This document shows, piece after piece, positions 1-10,373 of a stretch of DNA of 64,000 nt. The stretch is from contig CAXXUO010000001.1 in NCBI GenBank assembly GCA_963666485.2, positions 1,350,654 to 1,414,653 of the forward strand, given 5' to 3'. The notes under the pieces are model-generated. The model made no database searches. It saw only the letters and a program-made list of their open reading frames with translations, and was not told the origin of the DNA. Position numbers and translations under genes: made by a program. This stretch comes from Syntrophorhabdaceae bacterium. GTDB lineage: Bacteria; Desulfobacterota; Syntrophorhabdia; Syntrophorhabdales; Syntrophorhabdaceae. Every line of letters starts with the position of its first letter. Positions within the stretch are counted from its first letter, which is position 1.

Positions 1-299
1 AGGTCTATGGCGTCATAACATTCTACAATTTCTTCTCCACCGTGCCTCAGGGACGCAACAGCGTCAAGGTATGCCTCGGTACGGCATGCTATGTCAGGGG
101 TTCCCAGGAAGTCCTCGACAAAGCGCAGAAAGAGCTCGGGATCAAAGTGGGCGGGACGACCGAGGACCGCCGCTATTCCCTCGATGTTGTGCGCTGTATC
201 GGTGCATGCGGCCTTGCGCCTGCAATGCTGGTGAATGAAGATGTGTATGGGCGTGTGAAATCGCCGCATCTCGTCGATATACTCAAAAAGTACGAGTAA
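1..299 (+). CDS. hydC: NuoE/HydC-like [2Fe-2S] subunit of multimeric [FeFe]-hydrogenase, 5'-truncated by window edge
   Basis: Frame is open from position 3 (VYGVITFYNFFS...). Thioredoxin-like 2Fe-2S motifs CLGTAC and CIGAC. Lies directly upstream of hydB/hydA. Confidence 0.9.
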   Translation, partial: VYGVITFYNFFSTVPQGRNSVKVCLGTACYVRGSQEVLDKAQKELGIKVGGTTEDRRYSLDVVRCIGACGLAPAMLVNEDVYGRVKSPHLVDILKKYE

Positions 300-314
300 G
301 GAGGAAGGTTAACC

Positions 315-3300
315 ATGGAGGTATCTCGCGCTCACATATTGGTATGTGCAGGAGCTGCATGCGTCTCGTCCGGCTGCCGCCAGATCAGGGATGCTGTTGT
401 CAATAAAATCGTCGAGCAGGGTTTGCAGAATGAGATCAAGGTCATCGAGACAGGCTGTATCGGTTCATGTGATCTGGGTCCGCTCGCACTGGTCTATCCC
501 GAAGGCGTCCTCTACCAGAAGCTGAAACCAGAGGATGCGGAAGAGATCGTTACCGAGCACCTGCTCAAGGGACGGATCGTCGACCGCCTGTTGTATAAGG
601 AAGCGACGACGGCAAAGGCGATCCCTTCAATGAAAGAGATCGACTTCTTCAAGAACCAGATCAAGATCGTCTTGCGCAATTGCGGCGTCATCAACCCGAT
701 GAACATCGAGGAATACATTGCGCGGGACGGCTACCTGGCCCTCGGCAAGGCCCTTACCTCGATGACGAGAGAAGATGTTGTCGAGGAGGTCTTGAAATCA
801 GGGCTTCGCGGCCGCGGCGGCGGCGGGTTCCCGACCGGCCTCAAGTGGAAATTTGCCCAGCAGTCGCCGGGCGACGTGAAATACGTTGTCTGCAACGCCG
901 ATGAAGGCGACCCCGGGGCTTTCATGGACCGCAGCGTTCTCGAAGGCGACCCGCATAGCGTCATCGAGGCGATGGCAATAGCCGCGTACGCGATAGGGGC
1001 GCAGCAGGGCTACGTGTATGTCAGGGCCGAGTATCCGCTTGCGATCGACCGCCTGAACTGGGCGATCGGGCAGGCCAGGGAATACAAGTTCCTCGGCAAG
1101 AACATCCTGGAGACGGGGTTCAATTTCGACCTCGAGATCCGTATCGGCGCCGGCGCATTCGTCTGCGGCGAAGAGACGGCCCTCATGATATCGATCGAAG
1201 GCAAGCGCGGCGAGCCAAGGCCACGGCCGCCTTTCCCGGTCGTCAAAGGCCTCTTCAACGCCCCGACACTCCTCAACAACGTCGAAACATACGCCAACAT
1301 AGCGGCGATCATCAATAACGGTGCCGCCTGGTACGCCCAGTACGGGACCGAAAAGAGCAAGGGAACGAAGGTCTTCGCCCTTGCCGGCGCGGTCAACAAC
1401 ACGGGCCTCGTGGAAGTCCCCATGGGCACACCGCTCGGCGACATCGTCTTCAACATAGGCGGCGGCATCAAGGACGGCAAGAAATATAAAGCCGCACAGT
1501 TAGGCGGGCCGTCGGGGGGATGTATTCCCATACAGCACCTGAACGTACCGGTCGATTATGAATCGGTCGCGGAGCTTGGTGCGATCGTCGGTTCCGGCGG
1601 TCTCATCGTGGCCGACGAAGATACATGTATGGTCGACTTTGCCCGGTTCTTCCTCGACTTCATCCAGCACGAGTCCTGCGGCAAGTGCCCGCCGTGCCGT
1701 ATCGGTACGAAAAGGATGCTCGAGATCTTAAAGAGGATCACCCATGGTGAAGGAAAGCCGACCGACATAGATGACCTCGTCGAGCTTGCGACAAGGATCA
1801 AGGATGCAGCGCTCTGCGGCCTCGGCCAGACGGCGCCGAACCCCATTCTGTCCACACTCAAATTCTTCAAAGATGAATACCTCGAACACATCGAGGACAA
1901 GCATTGCCGCGCAGGCGTCTGCAGTGCCCTGTTTGACGCGCCATGCCAGAACGCATGCCCCGCCGACCAGAATGCGTGGGGCTATGTCACCCTGATAGGC
2001 GAAGGCAAAATGAAAGAGGCCATCGCGGTCATCAAGGAAGCGAACCCGTTCCCGGCCACATTGGGCAGGGTCTGCGTGCACCCGTGCGAAGCGAAATGCC
2101 GCCGGGCCCAGATAGACGCACCGGTGTCGATATGTTCACTGAAGCGCTATGCGGCGGATGTGGACATGGCCTCGTACCCGCGCTACAAACCGCAGGTAGA
2201 GCAGCCGAAGGGCAAGAAGGTCGCCGTTATCGGCGCAGGCCCGGCCGGTCTCGCGGGCGCGTACTTCCTCGCCCTGAAGGGCTACGGGGTGACCGTCTTC
2301 GAATCCCTGCCGGTCGCAGGCGGAATGCTGGCAGTCGGTATCCCCGATTACCGGCTCCCGCGCGATGTTCTCAACAACGAGATAAAGTCCATCACGGACC
2401 TTGGCATCGAGATCAAGTACAACACCGTGTTTGGTAAAGATATAACGAGCGAGAAGCTTTTCAAGGATGGCTACAGCGCGGTCCTTATCGCAACAGGGGC
2501 GCACAAGGGACAGAAACTCGGTGTCCCGGGTGAGGAGACGAAAGGCGTCCTCGACGGCGTGACCTTCTTGAGGGATGTCAATCTCGGTAATACCATGAAG
2601 GTAGAAGGAAAGGTTGTCGTGATAGGCGGCGGAAACGTGGCGATCGATGCCGCGCGCGCTGCCTTGAGGCTCGGCGCGGCTGACGTGTCGATCCTGTACA
2701 GGCGCGAGAGATCGGACATGCCTGCCTACATCGAGGAGATCGACGAGGCGGAAGTTGAAGGCATCAAGATCCATACGCTGGTGGCCCCGAAATCAGTCGT
2801 GGAAAAAGACGGCAAAGTGGCAGGGATCTCCTGCATGCGGATGCTGCTCGGCAAGTTCGATTCGGGCGGCAGGCGCAGACCGGAACCAATCACCGGGTCC
2901 GACTTTGTTGTCGATGCCGATATGATCATAGCGGCTATCGGCCAGGTCCCCGACCTGTCATGGATGAACGGTGACGGGGTGAAGGCGGACAAAGCCGGAA
3001 CAGTCGACGTTAATATGAAGACCCTGGCCACGGCAGCCGAAGGTATATTCGCGGCAGGCGACAATGTCAGGGGTCCCGCAACGGTCGTCGAGGCGGTCGG
3101 TGACGGCAAGAATGCCGCCATGGCTATCGATGAGTTCCTGGGCGGCGACGGTATAGCACCGAACGCATTCCGTGATGAACTCGTCCAGATGACGGTATCG
3201 TACGATGAGGCGGAATACCAGAAAGAGATCGGCAGGATGAAAATGCCTCACCTGCCGGTATCGAAACGCGACAAGAACTTCAACGAGGTCGTCCTTGGCT

Positions 3301-3368
3301 ATGATAACAAAGCGGCCGTTGAGGAAGCGAAACGGTGTCTCCACTGCTATGTGAGGACAAGCGAGTAA
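315..3368 (+). CDS. hydB: HydB/NuoF-like NADH-binding flavoprotein fused to a C-terminal GltD/NfnB-like FAD/NAD(P)H oxidoreductase module
   Basis: N-terminal 2Fe-2S domain, GLRGRGGGGFPTG, NADEGDPGAFMDR, GAGAFVCGEET, GGPSGG and ESCGKCPPCRIG. Then PCQNACP, GRVCVHPCE, GAGPAG, GGGNVAID, YRR and a terminal RCLHC. RBS ggagg upstream. Confidence 0.92.
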   Translation: MEVSRAHILVCAGAACVSSGCRQIRDAVVNKIVEQGLQNEIKVIETGCIGSCDLGPLALVYPEGVLYQKLKPEDAEEIVTEHLLKGRIVDRLLYKEATTAKAIPSMKEIDFFKNQIKIVLRNCGVINPMNIEEYIARDGYLALGKALTSMTREDVVEEVLKSGLRGRGGGGFPTGLKWKFAQQSPGDVKYVVCNADEGDPGAFMDRSVLEGDPHSVIEAMAIAAYAIGAQQGYVYVRAEYPLAIDRLNWAIGQAREYKFLGKNILETGFNFDLEIRIGAGAFVCGEETALMISIEGKRGEPRPRPPFPVVKGLFNAPTLLNNVETYANIAAIINNGAAWYAQYGTEKSKGTKVFALAGAVNNTGLVEVPMGTPLGDIVFNIGGGIKDGKKYKAAQLGGPSGGCIPIQHLNVPVDYESVAELGAIVGSGGLIVADEDTCMVDFARFFLDFIQHESCGKCPPCRIGTKRMLEILKRITHGEGKPTDIDDLVELATRIKDAALCGLGQTAPNPILSTLKFFKDEYLEHIEDKHCRAGVCSALFDAPCQNACPADQNAWGYVTLIGEGKMKEAIAVIKEANPFPATLGRVCVHPCEAKCRRAQIDAPVSICSLKRYAADVDMASYPRYKPQVEQPKGKKVAVIGAGPAGLAGAYFLALKGYGVTVFESLPVAGGMLAVGIPDYRLPRDVLNNEIKSITDLGIEIKYNTVFGKDITSEKLFKDGYSAVLIATGAHKGQKLGVPGEETKGVLDGVTFLRDVNLGNTMKVEGKVVVIGGGNVAIDAARAALRLGAADVSILYRRERSDMPAYIEEIDEAEVEGIKIHTLVAPKSVVEKDGKVAGISCMRMLLGKFDSGGRRRPEPITGSDFVVDADMIIAAIGQVPDLSWMNGDGVKADKAGTVDVNMKTLATAAEGIFAAGDNVRGPATVVEAVGDGKNAAMAIDEFLGGDGIAPNAFRDELVQMTVSYDEAEYQKEIGRMKMPHLPVSKRDKNFNEVVLGYDNKAAVEEAKRCLHCYVRTSE

Positions 3369-3395
3369 ACAGGATAAATTAAGGAGCGTGCCTAT

Positions 3396-5120
3396 ATGAA
3401 GATCAGCCTTACTATTGACGGGCGTCCGCTGGAGGTCGAAGAGGGGATAAGCATTCTTGACGCGGCCAAATCGGCAAATGTCCATATACCGACGCTATGC
3501 TACCTGCCCGAGGTCCAGGCGATCGGGGCGTGCAGGGTTTGCCTTGTCGAGATCGAGGGGAACCGTACGCTTCAGGCGGCCTGTGTATCACCGGTCGCCA
3601 AGGGCCAGGTAATATATACGAACACAGACAGGGTCCGCAAGGCGCGGCGTTTTGCCGTCGAAATGCTCCTGTCCAACCACCCCTTCGACTGCTTGAGCTG
3701 TGCAAAGAACCTCCATTGCGACCTGCAGTCGCTTGCCTATGAACTCGGCATCCGTGAGATCAGGTTCACCGGGGAACAATCAACCGGCAGGATCGATGAA
3801 TCCTCCCCGTCCATACGGCGTGACCAGAATAAATGCATCCTGTGCAGGCGGTGTGTGACCGTGTGCCAGGATATCCAGTCCGTAACCGCCCTTTTCATGC
3901 AGGGCAGGGGCTTTGAGACCCGGGTCGAACCCGCATTTGACCGCGACATCAACGATGTCGCATGCACGAATTGCGGCCAGTGCTCGATCGTCTGCCCCGT
4001 TGGTGCAATTACGGAAAAAGAATATATCGATGACGTGTTCGCGGCCATTTACGATCCCACGAAATTTGTCGTCATCCAGGATGCGCCCGCGGTGAGGGCG
4101 GCCCTCGGCGAGGAATTCGGGTATCCCCCGGGCACCCTCGTCACGGGAAAGATGCTCGCAGCCGCCCGGAAGCTCGGTTTTGACCGGGTTTTCGATACCA
4201 ATTTTGCCGCCGACCTGACCATCCTCGAAGAAGGGACCGAATTGTTGACCCGGGTCAAGGAAGGCGGGACACTCCCCATGATAACGAGCTGCAGTCCCGG
4301 CTGGATCAAGTTCATTGAGCATTTCTACCCGGAACTGCTCGACCATCTCTCCACGTGCAAATCACCGCACATGATGCTGGGCGCACTGACAAAGACGTAT
4401 TTCGCTAAAAAGGCGGGCGTCGACCCGAAGGATATCGTGGTCGTATCCGTCATGCCGTGTACGGCGAAGAAGTTCGAGTGCAACCGGCCGGAGATGTATG
4501 ACAGCGGGTATAAGGATGTCGATTACGTCCTGACAACGCGCGAATTTGCGAAAATGATCAAACAGGCCGGAATTGATTTCGAGAACCTTCCCGATGAAAT
4601 GTATGATGACCCTATGGGTGAATATACCGGCGCAGCCACGATCTTCGGCGCAACCGGCGGGGTTATGGAAGCGGCATTGAGGACTGCCTACGAGGTAGCG
4701 ACCGGCCGTGTCCTTGAAAATGTTGAATTTACGGCGGTGCGCGGGCTTGAAGGGATAAAAGAGGCGACAGTGCCCGTCGAAGGCCTGGGAGATGTGAGGG
4801 TTGCCGTGTCGCACGGTCTTGGCAATGCCCGCAAACTGCTCGACAGGATAAAGGCAGGCGAGGCCAACTACCACTTCATCGAAGTCATGGCCTGTCCCGG
4901 CGGGTGCGTGGGCGGCGGCGGCCAGCCGATCCCGGTCACGAACGAGATCAGGATCTTGAGGGCACAGGCCCTGTACAACGAGGACGCACACCTGAAATAC
5001 AGGAAGTCCCACGAGAACCCGTCGATCACGAAGATCTACGAAGAATTCCTGGGTGCGCCGCTGGGTGAGAAATCACATCACCTGCTGCATACCCACTATA
5101 CACCGCGAAACAAAATCTAG
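3396..5120 (+). CDS. hydA: [FeFe]-hydrogenase catalytic subunit (group A, multimeric type)
   Basis: H-cluster motifs TSCSPGW, MPCTAKKFE and EVMACPGGCVGGGGQP. N-terminal 2Fe-2S, His-ligated 4Fe-4S and 2x4Fe-4S domains. C-terminal LHTHY. Confidence 0.97.
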   Translation: MKISLTIDGRPLEVEEGISILDAAKSANVHIPTLCYLPEVQAIGACRVCLVEIEGNRTLQAACVSPVAKGQVIYTNTDRVRKARRFAVEMLLSNHPFDCLSCAKNLHCDLQSLAYELGIREIRFTGEQSTGRIDESSPSIRRDQNKCILCRRCVTVCQDIQSVTALFMQGRGFETRVEPAFDRDINDVACTNCGQCSIVCPVGAITEKEYIDDVFAAIYDPTKFVVIQDAPAVRAALGEEFGYPPGTLVTGKMLAAARKLGFDRVFDTNFAADLTILEEGTELLTRVKEGGTLPMITSCSPGWIKFIEHFYPELLDHLSTCKSPHMMLGALTKTYFAKKAGVDPKDIVVVSVMPCTAKKFECNRPEMYDSGYKDVDYVLTTREFAKMIKQAGIDFENLPDEMYDDPMGEYTGAATIFGATGGVMEAALRTAYEVATGRVLENVEFTAVRGLEGIKEATVPVEGLGDVRVAVSHGLGNARKLLDRIKAGEANYHFIEVMACPGGCVGGGGQPIPVTNEIRILRAQALYNEDAHLKYRKSHENPSITKIYEEFLGAPLGEKSHHLLHTHYTPRNKI

Positions 5121-5132
5121 AGCGGCCTTATA

Positions 5133-5173
5133 ATCCCTGCGCTCCCGGCGGTCCATGCCGGAAGCGCAGGGAT
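5133..5173. terminator. GC-rich hairpin between convergent hydA and cupin genes
   Basis: Inverted repeat atccctgcgct-ccggc ... gccgg-agcgcagggat. Confidence 0.6.
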
Positions 5174-5222
5174 GCTGTACCTGTACACTACCGGATCTCC
5201 ACTCGCTGCGTTTCGATCTTCG

Positions 5223-5558
5223 CTACTTGATCATGACAAGGAGCATTTTATAACGCGTGACCGCTTTCAGGGCATGAGGCTTATGTGCCGGCATAATGAT
5301 CATCTCCCCTTCCTTGACGGTGTGCGGCTTGCCGTCTATCGTTATCGTCGCCTCGCCTTCAAGGATAAGGACGGCTGCATCGAACGGGGCGGTATGCTCG
5401 CTCAGGCCCTCGCCCTCATCGAACGCGAATACCGTCATCGTGCTGGCAGGTTTCCGGACTATCTCACGGCTCACGACAGAATGGTCCTGGTATGCAGCCA
5501 GGTCTTTCAGGCAAAACGGTCGGGTTTCCCTGTCGAGTGCGATAAAGTTTTCGCTCAT
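5223..5558 (-). CDS. cupin domain protein
   Basis: VFAFDEGEGLSEHTAPFDA and MPAHKPHAL cupin motifs. Start reassigned to the ATG at 5558, after RBS aggagg. Confidence 0.85.
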   Translation of the reverse strand: MSENFIALDRETRPFCLKDLAAYQDHSVVSREIVRKPASTMTVFAFDEGEGLSEHTAPFDAAVLILEGEATITIDGKPHTVKEGEMIIMPAHKPHALKAVTRYKMLLVMIK

Positions 5559-5670
5559 GGAATCCTCCTTCTTTATATTTTTAACATACAACAGAAAATT
5601 CCGTATGTTTTTGACCCAGGTCAAATTTTGTGGATTGTTTCGGTGCTAAGGTTTAAAAGAATGGAAGGGC

Positions 5671-7104
5671 ATGATGACTGATTTCAGGACTGAAAGGGAT
5701 GCGCTGGGCGAAATGAATGTCCCCGCCGATGCCTACTGGGGCATCCATACACAGAGGGCCTTGAAGAACTTTGCCGTCTCTTCCTTCCGTGTCCCCGGCG
5801 AAATGATCATCGCGCTCGCAGAGGTCAAGCTCGCCTGCGCACGAGCGAACATGCGCGCGGGGCTTCTCGACACCGGCATCGGTGATGCGATCGCTCAGGC
5901 TGCGAAGGAAGTGGCCGGCGGCGCATTAGCCGATCAGTTCATCGTGGACGCCTTCCAGGGAGGGGCCGGGACTTCGACCAATATGAATATGAACGAGGTG
6001 CTTGCCAACCGGGCCATCGAGCTCACCGGTGGGCAAAAAGGCGATTACAGCATCGTCCACCCCCTCGACCATGTCAATCTTTCGCAATCGACCAATGATG
6101 TCTATCCGACCGCGCTGAAGGTCGCAGCTGTGAGGCTCGTCATAACGTTAAGCGAGGGTATCGCCCGGCTGCAGGGATCATTTCAGAATAAGGAAAAGGA
6201 ATTCGCAGGCATCCTGAAGCTCGGGCGGACCGAGATGCGCGACGCCGTTCCGATCATGCTGGGACAGGAATTCGGTGCGTACGCCGAGGCATTCGCCCGG
6301 GACAGGTGGCGCCTTTTCAAGGTCGAAGAACGCTTACGCCAGGTGAATCTCGGCGGGACTGCCGTCGGGACGGGCCTTAACGCGCGACGCGAATATATCG
6401 CATACGCCATAGAAGAACTGCAGGATATTACCGGGCTTGGTATCGCGCGCGCGGAGAACATGATCGACATAACCCAGAACGCCGACGTCTTCGCCGAGGT
6501 CTCGGCTCTCATCAAGGCAGCGGCTGTCAACCTCGCCAAGGTGTCTGCGGACCTGCGCCTTCTTTCCCTGGGGCCCCGCGGCGGCCTCGCGGAGATCAGC
6601 CTGCCCGTCCGCCAGGAAGGGTCCTCGATCATGCCCGACAAGGCAAATCCTGTCATCAGCGAGATGGCGTCGAGCGTTGCCTTCCAGGTTATGAGCCTCG
6701 ACCACGCGGTGACCCTTGCGGCATCGTCGGGGCAGCTCGAGCTCAACGCCTTCATGCCGCTTATCGCCTTCAACCTTCTCACGGAACTCAAGATCATGAT
6801 AAATGCCGTGTCCATCTTCCGGACGGAGCTCGTCGACGGGGTGACCGCGGATGAAGGGCGCTGCAGGAAATGGCTCGAGGACAGCCTGTGCCTCGCCACG
6901 GCCCTTGCCCCGTATATCGGGCACGAGGCGGCGGCGGAGATATCGCGGGTGGCGCGCACCGAGGGTAAGACGATCGGCGAGATCGCTGTTGAAAAAGGGT
7001 ATTTTTCCGCTGAAGAGATCGGGTCCATATTCAAATCCCGGGAACTGACTCGCCCGGGAATAGCGGGATCAAGCAAGGTAAAGAGGCAGGACAACAAAAA
7101 ATGA
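5671..7104 (+). CDS. aspA: aspartate ammonia-lyase family protein
   Basis: YWGIHTQRA, QGGAGTSTNMN, SQSTNDVYPT, GSSIMPDKANP and GQLELN fumarase/aspartase signatures. Confidence 0.92.
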   Translation: MMTDFRTERDALGEMNVPADAYWGIHTQRALKNFAVSSFRVPGEMIIALAEVKLACARANMRAGLLDTGIGDAIAQAAKEVAGGALADQFIVDAFQGGAGTSTNMNMNEVLANRAIELTGGQKGDYSIVHPLDHVNLSQSTNDVYPTALKVAAVRLVITLSEGIARLQGSFQNKEKEFAGILKLGRTEMRDAVPIMLGQEFGAYAEAFARDRWRLFKVEERLRQVNLGGTAVGTGLNARREYIAYAIEELQDITGLGIARAENMIDITQNADVFAEVSALIKAAAVNLAKVSADLRLLSLGPRGGLAEISLPVRQEGSSIMPDKANPVISEMASSVAFQVMSLDHAVTLAASSGQLELNAFMPLIAFNLLTELKIMINAVSIFRTELVDGVTADEGRCRKWLEDSLCLATALAPYIGHEAAAEISRVARTEGKTIGEIAVEKGYFSAEEIGSIFKSRELTRPGIAGSSKVKRQDNKK

Positions 7105-8339
7105 CAGACACGCTTAACCAGACACCGCGGGGCAGCCGCCTCCACATCGCGATCTTCGGCAGGCGCAACGCCGGTAAGTCAAGCCTTATCAACGCACTGA
7201 CGAGCCAGGACATTGCGATCGTCTCCGACGTCCCGGGAACCACGACGGACCCTGTCTACAAATCCATGGAGATCCTGCCGATCGGGCCGGTCGTCATTAT
7301 CGACACGGCGGGCATCGACGACACCGGCGATCTCGGCAGGCTCAGGATAGAAAAGGCGCTCGGCGTCCTGAACAAAACAGACCTCATGCTCCTCGTCGTC
7401 GACCCGGTCGCCGGTTACGGGCAATTCGAAGAGGATATCATTGCCCGTGCGGCCGAGAACAAGGTACCCGTCGTTATCGTTGTGAATAAAATGGACCGGC
7501 ACCCCGGATACGTTCCGGATGAGGCGTTAAGCCGCGCCGGCCGTCCCGTGATCATGGTGAGCGCGCTTACCCGTCAGGGCATCGATGATCTCAAGATGGC
7601 GATGATCAAAGAGGCCCCGAAGGACTTCATGAACCCGACGATCTTGGGGGACCTCATAGGCCCCGGTGACACCGTTGTCCTTGTCACCCCGATCGACCTT
7701 GCCGCCCCGAAAGGCAGGCTTATCCTCCCGCAGGTCCAGACGATCCGGGACATACTCGACAACGAGGCCATGGCTTTCGTCGTAAAGGAAAGGGAGCTCA
7801 AGGGTGCGCTCGCCGCGCTGAAAGACAAGCCGCGCCTCGTCGTTACGGATTCCCAGGCCTTCAACAAGGTGGCTGCGGACACACCCAAAGACGTTCCTAT
7901 GACGTCTTTCTCGATACTCTTCGCGCGCCACAAAGGGAACCTCACCGCACTCGTAAAAGGCGTCAAAGCAATCGATGATCTCGAGCCGGGAGACAGGGTG
8001 CTGATTTCGGAGGCCTGTACCCATCACAGGGTGGAAGATGATATTGGAACGGTAAAGATACCGCGATGGCTGAATCAGCTTGTCGGGGGCCCGCTCGATT
8101 ACGCGACGGTGAGCGGCCTTGAATTGCCGCAGGACCTCACGCAGTACAAGCTCATCATACATTGCGGGGCATGCATGATAAACCGGAAGGAAATGCTTCA
8201 CCGGATCATGGTGGCGCAGCACGCCGGGATACCGATCGTGAATTACGGGGTCCTTATAGCCCACGTCATGGGTATACTCGAAAGGGCACTGAGGCCATTC
8301 CCCGAGGTCCGGGAGGTTTTGGAAAATGGCGAAAAATAA
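7101..8339 (+). CDS. hydF: [FeFe]-hydrogenase H-cluster maturation GTPase
   Basis: GRRNAGKSS, DTAG and NKMD GTPase motifs, plus EACTHH and HCGAC cluster ligands. Confidence 0.96.
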   Translation: MTDTLNQTPRGSRLHIAIFGRRNAGKSSLINALTSQDIAIVSDVPGTTTDPVYKSMEILPIGPVVIIDTAGIDDTGDLGRLRIEKALGVLNKTDLMLLVVDPVAGYGQFEEDIIARAAENKVPVVIVVNKMDRHPGYVPDEALSRAGRPVIMVSALTRQGIDDLKMAMIKEAPKDFMNPTILGDLIGPGDTVVLVTPIDLAAPKGRLILPQVQTIRDILDNEAMAFVVKERELKGALAALKDKPRLVVTDSQAFNKVAADTPKDVPMTSFSILFARHKGNLTALVKGVKAIDDLEPGDRVLISEACTHHRVEDDIGTVKIPRWLNQLVGGPLDYATVSGLELPQDLTQYKLIIHCGACMINRKEMLHRIMVAQHAGIPIVNYGVLIAHVMGILERALRPFPEVREVLENGEK

Positions 8340-8402
8340 GGGCATCGGGGTTTCTTTACATTTCGCAGAACGCGCAATATACTTAGGTGACGGAGGCCGC
8401 AT

Positions 8403-9818
8403 ATGAAGAGAAATGACGAGGTACAGCGGGCCGATTTTATTGATGAAGCAAAAATATTCCGGACGCTGGAAAAGGCAAAGAACGCTTCGGTTGCCGAGGT
8501 GCTCGACATCATAGAAAAAGGACGTGAGGCAAAGGGCCTTGACCCCTATGAGACCGCGGTGCTCCTGCACGCCGCGGACGGAGATGTCGAGCATGCCCTC
8601 TTTAAGGCGTCCCGTGAGGTCAAGGAAAAGATATACGGGCAGCGCCTTGTTCTCTTTGCGCCGCTCTATATCAGCAATTACTGCATCAACAATTGTACAT
8701 ATTGCGGGTACAGGCGGCACAACGCAATACCGAGGGAACGCCTTACGATGGACGAGATCGAGCGCGAGGTCATCGCCCTCGAGGCCATGGGGCACAAGCG
8801 GATCGCCCTGGAAGTCGGTGAGGACCCGAAGAATTGCCCGATCGACTATGTCCTCGAGGCCATGAAAAAGATCTATTCCGTCAAAGAATCGACGGGGAGC
8901 ATCCGGCGCATTAACGTCAACATCGCCGCGACGACGGTCGAGGATTATCGCAAGCTCAAAGAGGCGGGGATAGGCACGTACATCCTTTTCCAGGAGACCT
9001 ACCACCGCGAGACATATAAAAAGAGCCACCCCGCAGGCCCGAAAAAGGATTATGACTGGCACACGACGGCAATGGACCGTGCGATGCAGGCGGGCATCGA
9101 CGATGTCGGTTTAGGGGTCCTTTTCGGCCTTTTCGACTACAAATACGAGGTCCTCGGACTCCTCTACCATTCGCTCCACCTCGAGGAGCGCTTCGGGGTC
9201 GGGTGCCACACCATCTCTGTCCCGCGCATGAGGCCGGCCGAAGGGATCAATTTCGACACATTCCCATACCTGGTGAACGATCACGATTTCAAGAGGATGG
9301 TATCCATCATACGGCTTGCAGTTCCCTACACCGGTATGATACTGTCGACACGGGAACCTGCCGGATACCGGGACGAGGTCATAGCGCTCGGCATTTCGCA
9401 GATCAGCGCGGGTTCCTGCACGGGTGTCGGCGGCTACCACAAGGACATCGAAAAGCCGGACAAGAAAACGTACGGGCAGTTCCAGGTGGAAGACAACCGC
9501 ACGACCGACGAAATGCTCCTGAGTGTTTGCAAGTCGGGTTACCTTCCCAGTTTTTGCACGGCATGCTACCGGCAGGGACGGACCGGCGACAGGTTCATGG
9601 CCCTCGCAAAGACAGGCGAGATCCAGAATATCTGCCAGCCGAACGCGATACTGACCTTTAAGGAATTTGTGGTGGACTACGCATCGCCCGAGACCAAAGC
9701 GGCAGGTGAAGAGGTGATACGCATGCATCTCGACAAGATAGCGAACCCGAAGATGCGCAAGGAGATAGAAAAACGGCTCGCGAAGATCGAGGCCGGGGAG
9801 AGGGACCTCTATTTTTGA
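8403..9818 (+). CDS. hydG: [FeFe]-hydrogenase maturation radical SAM protein
   Basis: APLYISNYCINNCTYCGY, FQETYH, and C-terminal SFCTACY...CQPNA auxiliary cluster motif. Confidence 0.96.
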   Translation: MKRNDEVQRADFIDEAKIFRTLEKAKNASVAEVLDIIEKGREAKGLDPYETAVLLHAADGDVEHALFKASREVKEKIYGQRLVLFAPLYISNYCINNCTYCGYRRHNAIPRERLTMDEIEREVIALEAMGHKRIALEVGEDPKNCPIDYVLEAMKKIYSVKESTGSIRRINVNIAATTVEDYRKLKEAGIGTYILFQETYHRETYKKSHPAGPKKDYDWHTTAMDRAMQAGIDDVGLGVLFGLFDYKYEVLGLLYHSLHLEERFGVGCHTISVPRMRPAEGINFDTFPYLVNDHDFKRMVSIIRLAVPYTGMILSTREPAGYRDEVIALGISQISAGSCTGVGGYHKDIEKPDKKTYGQFQVEDNRTTDEMLLSVCKSGYLPSFCTACYRQGRTGDRFMALAKTGEIQNICQPNAILTFKEFVVDYASPETKAAGEEVIRMHLDKIANPKMRKEIEKRLAKIEAGERDLYF

Positions 9819-9923
9819 CGGTTTACGTCAAAATGACCTTGCCTGCGCCCGGATTTGCTTATATACTTAGGAAGGCAGAGTGTTGAGTATTAAGGGTTAA
9901 ATAATTTTTAGGGGGCTTTGGAT

Positions 9924-10370
9924 ATGAAAACTGCACAAGAAATGCTGAAAAACAAAAGCAAAGAGATCTGGTCCGTAAAACCGGACAATACCGTATTCGA
10001 TGCCTTGCAGTTGATGGGTGAAAAAGAGATCGGTGCCCTGATGGTCATCGGTGACAATGGAAAGGTCCAGGGGATCATTTCAGAGAGGGACTATGCCCGT
10101 AAAATTATCCTTGTGGGTAAATCATCCCGTGATACGAAGGTCTCAGAGATCATGACCCCGGTCGATAAAATGTTTACGGTAAAGCCGGATACGAGCGTCG
10201 AGGACTGCATGGTCCTCATCACGGCGAAACGTATACGCCACGTCCCCGTGTTTGACAACGATAAGTTCATCGGCCTCGTTTCGATCGGTGACGTCGTAAA
10301 ATCTATCATTTCCGAAAAAGACATGCTGATCGAGCACCTGTCGAATTACATTGCGGGGAAGTACGTCTAA
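9924..10370 (+). CDS. CBS domain protein
   Basis: GIISERDYARK and RIRHVPV...GLVSIGDVVK tandem CBS pair. Confidence 0.88.
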   Translation: MKTAQEMLKNKSKEIWSVKPDNTVFDALQLMGEKEIGALMVIGDNGKVQGIISERDYARKIILVGKSSRDTKVSEIMTPVDKMFTVKPDTSVEDCMVLITAKRIRHVPVFDNDKFIGLVSIGDVVKSIISEKDMLIEHLSNYIAGKYV

Positions 10371-10373
10371 AAG

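Noticed and set aside
7527..9062. Long antisense or alternate-frame ORFs (e.g. 7527-9062, 11503-12738, 20919-22847, 60573-61670)
   Set aside because: Shadows of well-supported genes in GC-rich DNA, with no recognisable motifs.
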